In this document: positions 61,961 through 64,000 of the stretch, in pieces
How the letters are laid out: the number at the start of each line of letters is the position of its first letter
How positions within the stretch are numbered: the stretch's first letter is position 1
Assembly: GCA_951406725.2 (NCBI GenBank)
Contig: OX597821.1
Location: 48,298,001-48,362,000, forward strand
DNA length: 64,000 nucleotides
Direction: 5' to 3'
DNA from: Octopus vulgaris
Taxonomy: Eukaryota
Notes under the pieces: generated by a model
What the model was told of the DNA's origin: nothing
What the model saw: the letters and a program-made list of their open reading frames with translations, nothing else
The model's database searches: none
Position numbers and translations under genes: made by a program

Positions 61961-63789
61961 ATGTGAGTGTGTGTGTGTGTGTGTATCATCATTGTCATTG
62001 AACATCTGTTGTCCAATCTGGCATGGGTTGAACAGCTTGAACAGAGCTGGCAAGCTGGAGAGCTGCACCAGGTTCCAGTCTGATTTGGCATCGTTTCTAT
62101 GGTTGGATGCCCTTCCTAACATCAACAACTTAACTGGTACTCTGCCAGTTATGACAATACATGTTTCAGTTGATCTAATCAACAAAACTGTCTGCTCATG
62201 AAATTAATGTGAAAATGGTTAAGCACTCCACTGACATACACACACACACACACATATAATATATACGCAATTAGGAACAGAAGCAGCCCTTAAAATGAAT
62301 ATTAATTAGCCCATCCAACCTAACTCGGATGTGTTGTTTAGAATATTTTAGACTGCATTGAACATCCCAGGAAATCAGTTTGTAAAGATAACAAATACTA
62401 AACAGCATTCATTATATCAGCTGATGCAATTTATGTCAGAACTAGTAGATGACATTACTGTACCATGTGATTTCACTGTAAATTGCAGATCATCAGCAAT
62501 AGTTAGTCAAGCATTGAATGCCAGAGTAAAAATCAGTGCTAATTTATATTTGTGAAAAAAGTTGTTTCTGTTGCTAATTGTGAATTTTATTCGCAGTCTG
62601 CCAGCTTCTTGCGACATCACTGGCTATTTGGTCAGCGTTACACTATACTGGTTTGATTGATTTTTGATTTGGCATTCACTGCTTGGCTAGCTACTGTTGA
62701 AGATTTTCAATCTACTGTGAAATCATGTGATACTCTGGGACTGATGAAAATTTCCTCGGATGATAGAGAGTCTGTGCCTTTTAGCATTTGTTGGCTACAT
62801 GAGAGGATTTCTTGGGATGTATGTGTGTATGTATGCACGAATGTATATATGCATGTATGTATATGCATGTATGTGCATTTCTGTGTTTGTGTCTTGCTGC
62901 TTGACATCCAGTGCTGGTTTGTTTATGTTCCCATGAAATTAGTATTTTGGGGAAAAGTGACTAATAAAATAAGTACCAATCCTAAACCCAGAGATCAATA
63001 CAAGTGGTTAAATCTTTCGTGCCAGTGTCCCAGCATGACTACCATCCAATTTCTCAGAGTTAATTTATACAGTCTGAACATGTAAAAGAGTTTTTCTTGA
63101 GAATTCATGAAGAAAATTCATAGAATTCTTCCACTACAGCAAGGCTGTTGATGATCAATTCTGGAGATTCAAAAGTGTAACCAGAGGTATTTTGGGACTT
63201 TCTCAATGCATAACCAATCATCTCAAATAATGTTCTTGAATGCAGGTTTCAAATTTTGACACAAGGCCAGCAATTTCCAGGGCAGGCATTAGTTGATTAC
63301 ATTGACCTCAGTGGTCAACTGGTACAGATTTATCAACCACAAAAGGATAAAAGGTAAAGTCGACCGTGGTGGAATGATGTTTTTGAATATTACCAAGAAA
63401 GTATGTGATCCTGCAATGAGTTGTTTATTGTTCACTCATTTCTACTCCTCAAGTTGTGATGTGAGTAGGGGACAAAGGAACCAAGTGTTCCTTTGTCCAG
63501 AATGCCCATATACTTTTGCAACATCCACCCATCCATACACATGGTCTCTTTCTGTTCCTACTCACTTCTACTCATCCCGTATCTTGAGTGGGGTGGTCAC
63601 CTAGACACCTCATCACCAGTATTTTCATTGCTTCCTAGCTCCCACCAATCATTCTCAACATTTCTTCTGCAATGTTAAGTCATGCAGCTCTTCCACAGCA
63701 AGAAACCTTCTCTGTTGGCCCCTTTTTTCATACATTAAACCCTCATCTTCTAGCATAAATTCACCATCTTCCTCTAAAGGATTCATAGT

Positions 63790-63968
63790 CTTGCAAGGTG
63801 CCTGGTAATCTAACTAGTACTGGTGGCATGCAAAATATCCAGTACACTTCATAATGTGGTTGACATTAGAAAGGGCATCTGGCTATAAAAACCATGCCAT
63901 TCTGTCAAACTTTCCAACCTATGCCAGTATGAAACATGGACGTTTAAATGATGATGATGATGATGATG
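63790..63968 (+). mobile_element. Diverged family C element with (GAT)n tail
   Basis: CCAACCTATGCCAGTATGAAACATGGACGTTTAAA-(TGA)n. Confidence 0.7.
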
Positions 63969-64000
63969 TTCCAAGATAATGAGGATCTAGACAGATTTAA

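Overview
AT-rich, repeat-saturated eukaryotic DNA. Dense (TA)n/(CA)n/(CAT)n microsatellites and the tRNA-derived SINE families suggest an octopus (coleoid cephalopod) intron or intergenic region; this is inference, not a database result. No host protein-coding exon could be supported, and nearly all ORFs in the supplied track are microsatellite read-through or decayed transposon fragments. The window holds decayed Tc1/mariner DNA transposons (maT/DD37D-like, DD37E-like and DD34D mariner), several MITEs, LINE fragments (CR1-, RTE-, Tx1/L1-, R4/Dong- and CRE-like), Penelope-like retroelement (PLE) fragments and many SINEs. The main unexplained signal is a dispersed set of small non-coding elements in (TA)n tracts, built as long fold-backs or partial tandem repeats, that carry minimal type I hammerhead ribozyme folds with palindromic stem III. 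The best example is a near-identical 1.5-copy repeat of a 362-nt structured unit (54936-55486). Its hammerhead has the rare compensatory U3-A8 core (UUGAAAA), making it a candidate retrozyme or viroid-like circular RNA probably mobilised by PLEs. All folds were worked out by eye, and none has been computed or tested.
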